Positions 26,584 through 41,570 are shown, counted from the stretch's first letter. The stretch: 64,000 nt of DNA from Octopus vulgaris (GCA_951406725.2 OX597833.1:3720001-3784000); one strand, 5' to 3'. Numbers and translations are program-made. The notes: generated from the sequence alone by a model not told the origin.

Positions 26584-26736
26584 TAGGCTTATCAAAGTCT
26601 CTTCGACCTGGAGAAGAGAAGGCATATTATTGAGGAGGTCACGAATAGTGATGGAAGAACTTTGACAGACCTGATTGATTGATTGACTGATTGATTGATT
26701 GACCGAACAATTAATCAAGTGATCGATTAGTTAGTT
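26425..26736. repeat. Inverted repeat with (TCAC)n/(TCAA)n expansion in the left arm
   Basis: aattaactaatcgattgtttgattaatcgtccggtcaatca pairs with tgattgaccgaacaattaatcaagtgatcgattagttagtt; inner tcaaagt/actttga. Confidence 0.85.
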
Positions 26737-27178
26737 GGTCAAACGGATAAACTGTGTCATTAATTATCGAATTATCGTGCAAATGGATGTGAAAGTTCAT
26801 TAGCCGCAACGAATTAATTAAACTAGAGACCATTTTTAAATGTGAAAGAACGTTCCACTCCGGCCCACCACCACGAAGTCAGTTTGAAAATAACAGCATT
26901 ATCATTTTGCTTGTTGCAGTCTTCATTGGACTGCGGCCACGCTGCAGCACCGCCCTGAAAGCTTTGGCGAACCAATCGACCACGGTAATTATTTTGAAGT
27001 CCGTTATTTACATATACTATCAGTATATTTTGTCGAAAAACTATTTATACGGACGCAAACAAACCAATACTGGTTGTCAAGAATTATGGTAGGGGACAAA
27101 CAAGCACAATTACATAAATAGATATGTGTGTATGTGTGTGTATCTAAGTATATATATGTGTGTGAATGTAAGTATGCA

Positions 27179-27214
<36 letters not shown>

Positions 27215-27887
27215 TGTGTGTGTTTGTCCCCCACCATCGCTTGATAACCGATGTTGGTGTGTTTACGTCCCCGTATTTTAGCGGCTCGGCAAGAGAGACC
27301 GATAGAATAAGTACCAGGCATCACAAAGAATAAGTCTTGGGGTCGATTTGTTCGACTAAAGGCGGTGCTCCAGCACGGCCGCGGTCAAATGACTGAAACG
27401 AGTAAGAGAATAAAAGAATAATGCGTACGTGGTCATGCTGGAGCACATAAATGTATATATATCCTAATATTTTAGTTTTTATATGAGATGGGTTTTTCAT
27501 TGTATACCAGTTCTTTGTGTGGACATGCAGCTCCCCACAGTTATACAAATAAGCGAAACAGCGAATTAAAAAAAAAAAAAACAGATACCTTTTGACAATT
27601 CACCTGAAGGGACACATCTGCACCTTTGATGCAGTATAACTGTTTGTACTGCATCTCACCTGCGAGGAACCGGTGCACGATGAGTCAAAATGATTATAGC
27701 GACTAAAGAGTCTTGTGAATTTCAGGTTCTCTCTTGTATATTTTTTATAAACTCTTCGGTCACAAAAGAACTCCTGAAGCAAGTCCATTGGTATATACCT
27801 CCACACTGTTGATGACATTAGGTAGCCGAATACTGCGAACAGGCTTTAAACAGCCCACGACAAGGTGTATATCCGAATATCATGTTA

Positions 27888-28248
27888 TCTCTCTCTCTAT
27901 AAAGCTGAAGTTGTCTGTGTATGGCAGGTTTGGAAGCTTTCAACTAACACTATCTCCTCCGAGACCCTACGGCGCAAGTCGACCAAAATTGAAAGTATGA
28001 TAGAAGAAGGCTTACTCTTCCATCCGTAGAAGAAAACAATTCAAATCGGACCATGTTAACACCAAAAATTATTTACATCAAAAAGGTGCTTTTTTGACTG
28101 CTATCTTGCCATTTTTCCGTGTATTTCAACCAGAAAAATGTTCACTTAAAGAGAATAACAAGCTACATAATGCAAAATTTTTACTTTTCAAAAATTCCAA
28201 TTGTAAAGGGTCGAAACAAACCCGAGCAACGCCGGGCGATACTGCTAG
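27888..28248 (+). mobile_element. Non-autonomous Helitron
   Basis: A|TCTCTC...CCCGAGCAACGCCGGG hairpin...CTAG|T with no TSD. Second copy at 20400-20793. Confidence 0.85.
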
Positions 28249-29084
28249 TTACTTATATAAATGTATGTAAACGCACTTTTGTACGCGGGAGTGATCGGAT
28301 ATGGAAGAGTGACAATGCGTTAAAACTACAACACGCCACCCCGCTCACCTACACCCGTAACTGGCAACTCCTAATCCGTCCAACATAGGTGGCACCACGA
28401 GTATTTTCTGGGAAAAAACACCATAAACAAACATTATCACTTACCTTAAAGCAAGGATACCAGGCTTCCGTGAGAAAAACTCCACTGTGCGCGCGTGTAC
28501 GTGTCTATATCTATATATGCATGTATGTGTCGGATATGCATATGTATATATATGTATATATATATATGTATATATATGTATAAGAAAATGTTGTGTCTTG
28601 TATGTATTTATCTGTCTGTCTGTCTGTCGTATAGGTGTATATATTTTGCGTATAAACCAACGCTCCGGAATGAAAGTAAATATTACGCGCGGTGTGTATA
28701 CATAAATGTGTGTCGAAGCATGCGTATATGTTTATTCGTATAAATATGGTTGTTTATATGTCTGTCTGTATGTTTGCATGTCCATATATACGTGTATATA
28801 TCCATATGTGTTCATGTATGTATAATATATATACATATATTTTCTTATATATGTGCGTGTGTATGTGTGTGTGTGTGTGTAGAAGAAGCCGTTTCTTATT
28901 TGTTTCCCTTTCTATTTGACTCTGCCAGTCTGCCTGTCTGCCTGCTTGCCCGTCTGTCTGACTGTCTCTATCTCTACCCACAAGCCATATAGTTGTCACA
29001 CTTTTCCTCCTCTCTCTGCCTGTCCGTCTCTCACTACCACCCTATATCTCTGTCTCTGTCTCTGTCTCTCTGTCTCTCTCCCTT

Positions 29085-29149
<65 letters not shown>

Positions 29150-29158
29150 GTTTCTCTC

Positions 29159-29194
<36 letters not shown>

Positions 29195-29691
29195 CACACA
29201 CCACGCAGTTTCTCTACTTCTCTCTCTCTCTCTCTTTTCTATCTATCTATCTCTCGTTCTGTCACTCCCTATGTCGCGTTATACACCTCTACCTACCTCC
29301 CATTCTAAGTCTATCTTTCTATCTATTGGTGTGTGTGTGTGTGTGTGTGCGTGTATGTGGTTGACTTTGTGTGTCAACAGATCCTACCCGCGCAAACCCC
29401 TTACTACCCATCACAACCGCCCAAACACCACCACCACCACCACCACCACCACCACCACCACCACCACCACCACCACCACCACCACCACCACCACCATCAA
29501 CACCACCAACAACAACAGCAATCTCTGTTCCCACCAAGTCTCCCTCCCTCGCATTAGTAAATACATCAGCCTCACAAGACTCGCACGAACAGGACCAGAA
29601 TCGGGGGTGGGGGGTGGGATGGGGGTGTATAATACATACATCTACTTCCGTTGTTGTTGGCGATGGTGTTGATGGTGATGGTGGTGTGTTT

Positions 29692-29722
<31 letters not shown>

Positions 29723-29850
29723 CGATAGTGATTACGATAATGTTATTGTTGTTTAACTTCAGGCCAGTTCTCATCAGGCTCACCTATGATACAAAGGTGT
29801 TCCATCCGTGATCATCCCGCTAAATATATATATTTTATATGTGTCTAGAA

Positions 29851-30162
29851 AGGCGGCGAGCTGGCAGAAACGTTAGCGCACCGGGCGAAATGCTTAGCCG
29901 TATTTCTTCTGGCGTTACGTTCTGAGTTCAAATTCCGCCGAGGTCCACTTTGCCTTTTATCCTTTTGGGGTCGATAAATAAAGTACCTGTTTCGCACTGG
30001 GGTCGATGTAATCGACTTAATCTATTTGTCTGTCCTTGTTTGTCCCCTCTGTGTTCAGCCCCTTGTGGGTAGTAAAGAAATAGGTAGTTCGTCTGTCTTT
30101 ACGTTCTGAGTTCAAATTCCGCCGAGGTCGACTTTGCCTTTCATCCTTTCTGGGTCGATAAA
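29851..30162 (+). mobile_element. SINE family A
   Basis: Full head, one body unit and a partial second unit. Confidence 0.88.
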
Positions 30163-30220
30163 ATTATGAAACCGAAAGAGGTATTAAGGCTAGACAAAAG
30201 GAGAGTGGTGACAGAGAGTC

Positions 30221-30492
30221 GGCAAGGAAATGCCACATGAAATTCTTACATCTCCAACATTAAGAGATTCCTTGTCCCTGTTCTAAGTCAGTGTGGTTCT
30301 CCATGATCTCATACTTACAGACAAGAAGTTTCGCAAAGTAGGCGCTATTTTATAAGTTTCCAAACATTTCCTAATCCAGATCTGTGGTAGACTATCAAAA
30401 GCTTTCTTTATAGTCTAACCAGGCTACTGACAAGTTCTTGTGTTGTTTGTGACAATCTTCAAAGATCATCTTATTGATGAGTAGCTGATCTT
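30221..30492 (-). mobile_element. Dong/R4-like reverse transcriptase fragment
   Basis: DQLLINKMIFEDCHKQHKNLSVAWLDYK..FDS.P..WI.KCLE motif, abutting a short AAT/AAC tract. Confidence 0.8.
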
Positions 30493-30524
30493 TATTATTA
30501 TTGTTGTTGTTATGGAAGTACAAT

Positions 30525-30906
30525 GGAGGCGCAATGGCCCAGTGGTTAGGGCAGCGGACTCGCGGTCGGAGGATCGTGGTTTCGATTCCCAGACCGGGCA
30601 TTGTGAGTGTTTATTGAGCGAAAACACCTAAAGCTCCACGAGGCACCGGCAGGGGATGGTGGTGAACCCTGCTGTACTCTTTCACCACAACTTTCTCTCA
30701 CTCTTTCTTCCTGTTTCTCTTGTACCTGTATTTCAAGGGTCCAGCCTTGTCACATCATGTGTGTCACGCTGAATCTCCCCGAGAACTACGTTAAGGGTAC
30801 ACGTGTCTGTGGAATGCTCAGCCACTTGCACGTGAATATCACGAGCAAGCTGTTCCGTTGATCGTATCAGCTGGGACCCTCATCGTCGCAACCGACGGAG
30901 TGCTCC
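30525..30906 (+). mobile_element. SINE family B, tail type 3
   Basis: 14-bp TSD tatggaagtacaat (30511-30524 / 30907-30920); tail shared with 25700-26015. Confidence 0.9.
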
Positions 30907-31242
30907 TATGGAAGTACAATCAGCCGAAACCTGCTCCAGATATAGGCAGAATAACAAAAATATTGAGCGTATCACCGTCCAGAGTCCGTGCATAACTGAC
31001 TTGTGGATTTGCGTCAAACAGCTGTTTCCGCGTGAAAAACGGATCCGCCTGTTGTTACCCGAGTTAAGAGTGCAAAATCGACGCATTGCCTTCCCTTTTG
31101 CGGGGGGAAAAAACCCAGCCATCTTTCTTTGTTCAGCAGTTGTGACTAAAGAGGCTGTACGGTTAATTCATCTGAGGGGTTTGGAGACAGACATGTTTTC
31201 TCTCTGGCCAAGCTCACATCATTTGAAGAGGAAAGTTAGTTA

Positions 31243-31690
31243 GTTTTTTTGGCTCAAAAAGCAAAAAGCAAGGCCATGTAGGGGGACATGGAGTTATGTA
31301 CAGGGTGGTGTTCATGCAAAGAGTTTAGGCCACTTGTGGTCAAGGGAGACTTTGAACCGAGCGGTCGTCGGCATCTTCACCATCTCGTCCGGCAGCTTAT
31401 TCCACGGATCCGCAACCCGGACGGAGAAAGCCCCTCTCCTTCGATTGAGATGAAATCGTCGCAGATGGAGCTTTTCGGAGTGACCCCGCAGCCGACGCTC
31501 TGGAGCAGGAGTGAAGAACAGCTCTTTCGAGAGGTTACACTTTCCGCTTATGATGTTGTGAGCAAGAATGAGATCACCACGGCGTCGTCGTTTTTCTAGA
31601 GAATAAAGGTTCTTTCCATGATGTTGTGAGCAAGAATGAGATCACCACGGCGTCGGCGTTTTTCTAGAGAATAAAGGTCGAGCGTCTTCA
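31243..31690 (-). mobile_element. CR1-group LINE 3' end with a ~60-bp internal duplication at its 5' junction
   Basis: LEKRRRRGDLILAHNII...LRGHSEKL...FSVRVADPWNKLP...FKVSLD. The segment 31550-31609 is repeated at 31618-31678. Confidence 0.85.
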
Positions 31691-31797
31691 GCCTTTCTTC
31701 ATAAGACAAATGCTTGAGACCAAGAACCATGCGGGTAGCCAGCTTCTGGACTCTTTCGAGATGATGTATGTCTTTGAGGAGAAAGTAGGGAGAAAAG

Positions 31798-31867
<70 letters not shown>

Positions 31868-32145
31868 GGGTGTTGCCTTCTGGTGTATTTCTCGAAAGGT
31901 GGATGAGAGTGACAAGACTGGGGAGTTTGAATGGGCCTACAATGAGGAAAGAAAGTGGAAGAGCGCACCACTGAAACCCTGGATGCGGCAGAGGAATCTG
32001 GGACTTTTTGTGTGACTTGTCCTTTAGATCGAGCAGTCTAAAGCAGTGGTCCTTAACCCTTTTTTTTGTTGCTTATAGATCCCTTTGGTTTTTATTTTAT
32101 TTGGGTGGACCACCATAACCATTCAGTATTTTTACAATTAAATAT

Positions 32146-32349
32146 TCCTTTCTAATGTAGGCACAAGGCCTGGATTTTTGTGGGGGAGGGGGACAATCGA
32201 TCACATTGACCCCAGTACTTGACTGATACTTAATTTAATTTATCAACCCTGAAAGAATGAAAGGAAAATTTGCACCCAGAACATAGCGACGGGCGAAATA
32301 CCGCTAGGCATTTCGCCCGGCTGCTAACGATTCTGCCAGCTCGCCGCCA
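32146..32349 (-). mobile_element. SINE family A
   Basis: Matches the family A head and core. Confidence 0.8.
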
Positions 32350-32392
32350 TTTTATAATTCAATATTATTAGCAATTGTATAAAAAAAAATTT

Positions 32393-32431
<39 letters not shown>

Positions 32432-32478
32432 CATACATACATACATACATACATACATACATACATACATACATACAT

Positions 32479-32564
<86 letters not shown>

Positions 32565-32581
32565 ACATATATATATAATAT

Positions 32582-32721
32582 GGATCAGAACGGTTTGATT
32601 CAAATTCGTTGGTACTCTTGAATTTCAAGCTTGATGCAAGTCGTCAGCCATTTTGAATTTGACTAGCATCACGCTTGAAACTCAAGAGACCCGACAAATT
32701 CAAGTCAAACAGTTTTGATCC
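32582..32721. repeat. Long imperfect inverted repeat (~60-bp arms)
   Basis: ggatcagaac...tgatgcaagtc pairs with gactagcatca...gttttgatcc. Confidence 0.9.
32610..32650 (-). ncRNA. Minimal type I hammerhead ribozyme motif inside a fold-back
   Basis: Minus: tgg CTGACGA cttg-cat-caag-ctt GAAA ttc-aa-gag TA cca. Confidence 0.65.
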
Positions 32722-32780
32722 TTACATGTAACTCCCAATGAATTGGTTGAGTGTCCTTCTTTCGTTTATCCACTCACTCG

Positions 32781-32843
<63 letters not shown>

Positions 32844-33153
32844 ATAATATATATATGCTACGTATATACATACATGCATATATATAAACATCTGTGCAAG
32901 CGCATTCACATATTGAGACAGTGACAGGAGTAAACACCCTGCCTCTTTATACTGTCAGTATATATATATACACCCACTCACAACGGTCTTATCACTCAAA
33001 CACCCAACAAATAAAAATGCATAAGCACACTATTGTCTCAGAATGCACACACACACTGAAATAGAAACACACGCACACATCACTCACGCACATGTGTACC
33101 GACGCACACCCACACATACAACCACATATGTATACACACATACATACATATAG

Positions 33154-33186
<33 letters not shown>

Positions 33187-33303
33187 GCCGCTGCAGCAGC
33201 AGCAGCAGCGACGACAATATCAACAACAATAATACTCAACATTCACCCTGACATAAACACATCCACGCAGTCAACACTTCCTTCCTTTCTTTCTTTCTTT
33301 TAT

Positions 33304-33387
<84 letters not shown>

Positions 33388-33549
33388 ACACACACACACA
33401 TTTAACACTCACATACACAGTTAATAGCGTTAATAGTCAACACACACACACACACAGAGTGTATCAGAAAGACCTTTCTTGCCTCTCCATCACCACCATC
33501 AACCCTTTTCACACTTCATAGAAAAGTTCCCGGTTCCCTCCTCGACATT

Positions 33550-33773
33550 ATCACGGCCACCACCACCACCAACACTGATATCGTCATCATCATCATCATC
33601 ATCGTCATCGTCATCATCATCATCATCATCGTCATCACCACCACCACCATCATCATCATTATCATCATCATCATCATCACCGCTATCATCATTGTTCTCC
33701 TCACCGCCACTGCCATCATCATCATCATCATCATCATTACCATCATCGACATCATCATCATCATCATTACAAC

Positions 33774-33834
<61 letters not shown>

Positions 33835-33842
33835 GTCATCAC

Positions 33843-33876
<34 letters not shown>

Positions 33877-33891
33877 GTCATCGTCATCACC

Positions 33892-33923
<32 letters not shown>

Positions 33924-34131
33924 CGTCATCATGTTCATCCACATTGTCACTCCGTCATTGTTATCTTCTTTCACTTCATCATCGCCAACCTCTCCCCCCT
34001 CTTCCCCCTCACCACATCCCCCCCACCCTTTCTCTTTCAATTTCAAACTCTTGCTGTTGTTGTTATTATTGTTCTTGTTGTTATAACTGAAACTCATGTG
34101 TCTTTAAGTATCAATGCCGCTGCTACTGCGG

Positions 34132-34198
<67 letters not shown>

Positions 34199-35106
34199 AG
34201 CCGCTGTCGTTGTTGTTGTTGTTGAAGTTCTCCTTCGAATGTTGTTGTTGCTATTTTTAGTGTTGCGGATGTTGTTGTTGTTGTTGTTCTTGTCTTACTA
34301 ACCTTAGAAACATTAGAGATGTTTTGGTGCTTTTGTTGTTCTTGTTGTTGTTGTTGCTGTTGTTTTCGACGTCGTCCTATTAAAGATAACAGGGCCACTT
34401 AAGTTCGCGCTCCCACCAGCACCACCGTCATCATCTCCGTCGCTGACACCAGCAGCAGCAGCAGCATCACCATCACTGCCACCACCACCACCACCACCAC
34501 CGCCACCACTACCACCACCTTCACCACCACTACCACCAACAAGAACAACACCAACAGCACCATCACCGCCATCGTTGCCGCCACCATCAACAGCGGCGGC
34601 ATCACCTCCGCCACCACCACATCAACCAACATCATCATCATCATCATCCTCATCGCAGTCACCACCACCACCACCATCTTCATCGTATTTATCATCACCA
34701 CCGACACCACCACGAACGCCGCTACCAACTCCACCACCATCATCAGTTACAACAACTAGAACAGCACATAACATCAGTACATCAACAAGAATGCCACTAC
34801 CACCACCACCACCACCAACAACCACCACCACCACCACCACCACCACCACCACCACCACCAACCACCACCACCACCACCACCACCAACCACCACCACCAAC
34901 CACCACCACCAACCACCACCACCAACCACCACCACCAACCACCGCTACCACTAATAATAACAAGCGCACCATCGGCCATCCATCACTTCAGCTGTTGCAA
35001 CAGCCTCGCCTCGGGGATGAACGGGTTCCTTGTTTTTTAGCCCCAATATAAAACAACACAGACCACAGATGACCCCCACAACACACTCCACTCCACGCGC
35101 CATCAC

Positions 35107-35156
<50 letters not shown>

Positions 35157-35268
35157 ACAGCAGCAGCAGCATCCTTATCATCATCAGCATCATCATTTCC
35201 ACTACAACCACCACAATCATCATCACCCCTATTCCCTCGTCGTCATCATCATCATTACCATCATCATC

Positions 35269-35327
<59 letters not shown>

Positions 35328-35382
35328 CATCATCATTATCATCATCATCACCATCATCATCACCAGCATCATAATAATCATT

Positions 35383-35432
<50 letters not shown>

Positions 35433-35530
35433 TTCCATTCAATCACATAGTCATCATCATCCGCCTCCACTTCCTCTTCCTCATCATTATCACCCCCACT
35501 CCCTTGTTATCATCATCATCATCATCATCA
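33550..35530. repeat. ~2-kb compound trinucleotide field (CAT, TAC, GTT, CAC)
   Basis: Direct inspection. Confidence 0.95.
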
Positions 35531-35881
35531 TGTAGGTCCATTATTCTCCGTTTTCCGAAAGAAAATTATAAAATATTAAAAAAATATATGTATACGAAAA
35601 AAGAATTTAAATGTGGAAGGAGGAATCTTGGCGCAATCAAGGAAGCATTGGAAATGCATTGTGGCAAGCGATGTATAACAACACAACAACAACAACAACA
35701 ACAACCGATATTGTGACATAGTGATATAAAATCAAATTCAGTGACAAGAATTGGTCGACTTAAGGCTATAACAGAAGGCATTGTGTACAGCGCGCCGTGC
35801 AGTGGGACAGAACTCGAAACCACGGGGTTGGAAAGCACACAGCCATACCAATGCCTACTGAGTAAAAGAATAAAGGAATGC

Positions 35882-35930
<49 letters not shown>

Positions 35931-35977
35931 GAATGAAGAGAACGGAGTAAAGGAAAGAGGAAGAATTATAAAAGAAT

Positions 35978-36155
35978 CGTGGCTGTGTGGTAAGTAGCTT
36001 GCTTCCCAACCATATGGTTCGGAGTTCAGTCCCACACCGTGTACCCTGGGCAGGTGTCTTCTACTGTAGCCTCGGGCCGACCAAAGCCTTGTGAGTAAAT
36101 TTGGCCGACGGAAACAGTAAGAAGCCCATCGTATATGCATACATACATACATACA

Positions 36156-36190
<35 letters not shown>

Positions 36191-36442
36191 TTATATATAA
36201 ATACATACATATGTGTGCGTGTGTGTGTGTATGTCTATGTCTGTGTTTGCTTCACACTACCGCTTGATAACCGGTGCTGGTGTGTTTACGTCCCCATACC
36301 GTAATGTAGCTGTTCGGCAAAAGAGCCCGATAGAATAAGTGCCAGGCATTTAAAAAAAAAAGGTACTGCTGTCGATTCATTCGACTAAAAATTCTGCCAG
36401 GCAGTGCCCCAGCATGGCCGCAGTCTAATGACTGAAACATGT
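35978..36442 (+). mobile_element. SINE family C
   Basis: Head, internal (TACA)n and tail present. Confidence 0.85.
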
Positions 36443-36899
36443 TTCATATAAAAGATTAAAAAAAACGTCAAAAAAAAAAAACAGAATAAGAGAATACAAG
36501 AACGTCAGAATAAATGGAATAACAATATTGTTATACAAGACTTCAAATCAAATTTCGACAACGAATGAAACTGACGTTGATTGACCAGTTTTTTGTCGTA
36601 ACCACGTTTATCTTCCACCCATTTCTTCCCTTTATTTCTTTCCCTTTTAGCAATTTTCTTTCATTTTTTTTTGCTTGTGTATTCAAAAAGCATTTAGTCT
36701 TGTTGTTCTCACATACTTTGTTTCTGTCTGTTTGTAGTATTCCTTTTTTCTTTTGGTTTTGGTTAAAATTTCGTTTTTCCTGCAAATACTAACGAGTTAT
36801 GTTTATTGCTTTTTCGTTCAAACCGAGAATATTTATTTTGCTTTAGTGAATTATCTCAGCAAATATTGTATTGCATCGAGTCACTTCACACACGCAGGC

Positions 36900-36903
36900 A
36901 CCG

Positions 36904-36974
<71 letters not shown>

Positions 36975-37380
36975 GCACGCACGCACGTGCGCGTACACAC
37001 ACATACGCACGCATGCACACACACACGCACGCACATACACACATACGCACACACATGCACACATGCACACACATGCAGGCACAAACACATACACGCACAC
37101 ACACACTCACGCAAACACACGTACACACACACGCGCGTACGCACACACACATGCGCACACACACACACATACGCACACACACGCACATGCGCGCGCACAC
37201 ACCCGCACACACACACACGCACGCATGCACACGCATGCACACACTCACACACACAATACACACACGCACGCACATACACGCATGCATGCACACACGCATG
37301 CACACACACACACACGCACGCACACTCACACATACATGTGGAAGGAGGGATCTTGGCGCAATCACACACACACACCCACA

Positions 37381-37416
<36 letters not shown>
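36900..37416. repeat. (CA)n/(CACG)n complex microsatellite
   Basis: Direct inspection. Confidence 0.95.
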
Positions 37417-37417
<1 letters not shown>

Positions 37418-38272
37418 TCTTTATAAACACATACTGCTTTACTCTTTTACTTGTTTCCGTCGGTCCTCTGCAGTCAGTACTTGGCTTTTAAAGTCTCGTA
37501 AGTTATTCTATCAACTATTTTGCCGTACCGCTAAGTTACAGGGACGAAATCAAACCAATACTAGTAATCAACTAGTGGTGGCGTTGGTGGGCAAACAGAC
37601 ACATACATACATACATATATACGTATAAATAAGAATAAAAAATAATCTCTCTCTCTATCTCTCTTTCTCCCTCTCTCTATGATATGATAACTATAGCTTA
37701 AACTTTTATCAAATTTAATTTGTGGTTGTACAAAATGATAAAATGAACCCTAACTTTCAAAACTAAAATATTTATTGCCTTAAAATATTAAATAAAACAA
37801 GCTTGTCATATCCATAACTCTTCCCATAACTTCACTCCTCCTCCTCCTCCGCCGCCACCACCGCCGCCACTGCCATCGCTTCCTCCACCTCTTCTTCCTC
37901 CCTTGTGATTTTCTCTCTCAGAGCGTTGTAGCATACTTTTACCCATTGCCTGCCACCAAGCATTCGTTCAGTACCCCTTAAGTTATCTCTCTCTGTATGT
38001 CTCTTTTATTCTCTCTTCCTCTCTCTCCCTCTTCTCTCTTTTCCCCACCTTTCTCTACACGATGTAACGCTTGACTGGAAAACTGTAAATCAAGAAGGCA
38101 ACAAACCAAGATATATATATATTATTATTATTATTATTATATGTAGAAAAATACAAACTGGGACAAGAACGTGAAACATTTAGAAGACGATACTAAAAAC
38201 ACGGACGGGACATTCGAAGCATTCAATCTTCAGTCAAGAACCGGATCATCTTCGCAATTTCGGCTGATTAAT

Positions 38273-38462
<190 letters not shown>

Positions 38463-39082
38463 AAGGGACAGACAGACTGACAGACAGATAATACGTCACA
38501 ACATCCTCTGATAACAAACCACTGACAAAATACATTAAAAGAACCAAACGACCCTGGCTATGAAAGAGGCGAAACGGTAACATAAACCGAAATAAACCCC
38601 ATAAGAATATTTATGAAGCGGAACACAAAATACTTTCCATCTAACTTTAAAAAATAATAATATCTTTATTAATATATTGCAGATCGCTGTAAAATAAATA
38701 CCAGTTTAATACTGGGGTTGATGTTTGCGATTGTTCTCAACCAGAAAAATGTAATGGCCTTTTGTAGCGGACTTAATCTTCTTCTCGGTTTAATGCCATC
38801 ACCCGACCGCAAAGAGTCTTTTGAGGAAACGACTGCGTTGCAAGCAATCGGCCCAGGTGCCCACTTGGAAGATAATTTACTCCCTGACTCCCCCAGTCTC
38901 AGAAGGTCTACGAAAAAAAGGGTGCGAAGTGCTGGTCATTTATGGATTAAGTCGTGAAATATATTAGACATCAATGTCAAAATATATTAGATACTAAAAT
39001 ATATCAGACATTGTCCTGACTTGGGGCCTTAAACCCTTGATGGGATGGTAGCGTTGTCGTTATATATGATATACGACGTACA

Positions 39083-39314
39083 GGGCGGCGAGCTGGCAGA
39101 TACGTTAGCACGCCGGGCGAAATGCGTAGCCGTATTTCGTCTGCCGTTACGTTCTGAGTTCAAATTCCGCCGAGGTCGACTTTGGCTTTTATCCTTCCTG
39201 GGTTGATAAATAAAGTACCAGTTACGCACTGGAGTCGATGTAATCGATTTAATACCTTTGTCTGTCTTTGTTTGTACCCCCTATGTTTAGCCCCTTGTGG
39301 GTAGTAAAGAAATA
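39083..39314 (+). mobile_element. SINE family A with a 22-bp TSD
   Basis: tatatatgatatacgacgtaca at 39061-39082 and 39315-39336. Confidence 0.9.
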
Positions 39315-40936
39315 TATATATGATATACGACGTACATTGAGGATTTTTAGATCTGATGGTGCCTAAAAGTTTTCAGGTATTACTCCAGCTGATATTTTGT
39401 GCAGAAAGAGAAAAAAACCCCCCAAAAACAGGGCGAAAGAGAAGAACTAACTCTAGTACAAGATGAATACTTCATTTGTCAACTGCGAATGGGAAAAATG
39501 TGAAGTTAACTTCATCAGGATTTGAGCTTAGATCAAAAAACTGTGGAACAATAACTACAAAGTAAATTATCCGACGCTATTAACGACTCTATCAAGTGGA
39601 TGCTTTCAATAATGCTTTACGAAAATATAAAAAAAACTATCTTGAAATTACTTAAGAAGCAGAGAGATTTCACTGTATTTACAACGTGCAGCTTGGGTCG
39701 AATTGTGTATTATTTGTGGTGACTTGTATATCCGCCATTTTAACAAGTTGGAGTAAAAAAACAAAACTTGTACAATGTTCATGTTTTCGTTTGTCTGCTT
39801 TCAATAAAATATTACAAAAAATATTAAAATATTTAAAATAACTTTGAATCACTTACTTGAGATAAAACTTGTTTTCACAACGTGCAGTTGAGACCGAGTT
39901 CAGTGTTATGTCCCCCAGTTCTTATAAGTTGCTGTCAAGAAATGCTCTAGAAAGTTCGAGGTTTCATTCGCGTTTGAATCAAGGAAATAACACACTAAGG
40001 CTTCTGAAGGTTATTTTAAAAGTTCGCATCTTTTATGGTTTGTTTTTGATGAAGATATTTTTAGCAGCACAAAAGCTAAAAACGACACAACATCCAGGGA
40101 TGGGGGTTCACGCGACAGCCCGACATTAGGGGGTGGATCAGACGTGATTCTCATCGGTCTGTGTTAAAGATGCTGTTGGTGGTGGTGGTGATGATGATGC
40201 TGGTGGTCTTAACGGTTTTGTTGTTGATGGTCGTGTTGGTAATGGTGGCAGTGGTTGTAGTGATGGTGTTGTTGGTGGTGTTCGAGTGGTGATGCTGTTG
40301 CTTGCTGTTGTTGTTGTTGTTGTTGTTGCTGTTGTTAGTGGTGTTTGTTGTGGTGGTGGTATGGTACGCAACCAACCATCTTAATGGTAAGCAAAGGAAT
40401 GGTAGGGAAAGAGAAAAAAATTTCCCCCTTTCTTCCACTTCATTTCCCACCCACCCCAAAAAGCAAAAAAAAAAAAACACGAACTAAAATCGTAAGAAAT
40501 GAATTAGGAGTGTCCCACATAGTTAAGGAGTTCATATCGAAATCACGTGGACTCGGTTTCTCATCCCCGACCCCCACCCCGCCTTAGGCCAAGGCAAACA
40601 TAATTTTAAGAATTCCAAGAATTTCTGTGACGGATTATTGACCTACCTGTCTTTCGTTTATTATCTTTTATTTATTTTTATTTGTTTCAGTCATTAGACT
40701 GCGGCCATGCTGGGGCACAGCTTTGAAAAATGAGTCGACCCCCCTCCTCCGTATTTATTCTGTTTTGAGTTTGGTTCTTATTCTATCGGTCTTTTTTTTT
40801 TTTTACCGAACCACTAAGTTGCAAGAACGTAAACACACCAATACCGGTTTTCAAGCGGTTGTAGGGAGACAAACAGACACAGACACACACATACATAGAT
40901 ACATACACACACACATGTGTACATACACGCACATAC

Positions 40937-41001
<65 letters not shown>

Positions 41002-41109
41002 CATACATACTTTCATACATACATACAATAGTTTTAAAAATAAAAATATAAAAATAGATCTTAACTGATTGGAAGTATTATCATGTACGTGTTTTACCTT
41101 GGAGTAAAA

Positions 41110-41570
41110 GATGGACCACACCAAATATTCTGCTCAAAACCACAGATTTGCTTGTCAGTTGCTTGACCGTAACCAGTTGAGCATGTCCCTTAGCGGCAGA
41201 ATGTATGTGCGTCTCTGATGACGATTAGAAGTAACGGGGGAGCATCATAGTCATGTGTTGAGAGGAATTCTTCGGGGTTTGAATAATTCACTTCTAGAAA
41301 CATGGGTGTTTCATTCGTCATCCTTAAACAAACATTATCCATGGAGCTTTTCAGCTTAAAAGTCTACTCGACCAGAAGAAAATTCTGACTGGGACCCACC
41401 TGCAAGGTCATGCGCTGTTTATCTTGATATGAGATCACCATGTTGCATACACATGGTTGTGATGCATGTGCCTAGTGTACCCTTATCAGACGGGTAGTCA
41501 TGATGGGTATATTGGGCTTCGTATATTTTACCCCAGTGTCACTTTGATGGCATGCACTGCTCTCTCACTC

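Noticed and set aside
27590-27850. Possible minus-strand exon with donor-like sites
   Set aside because: No consistent acceptor and frame, and no recognisable protein.
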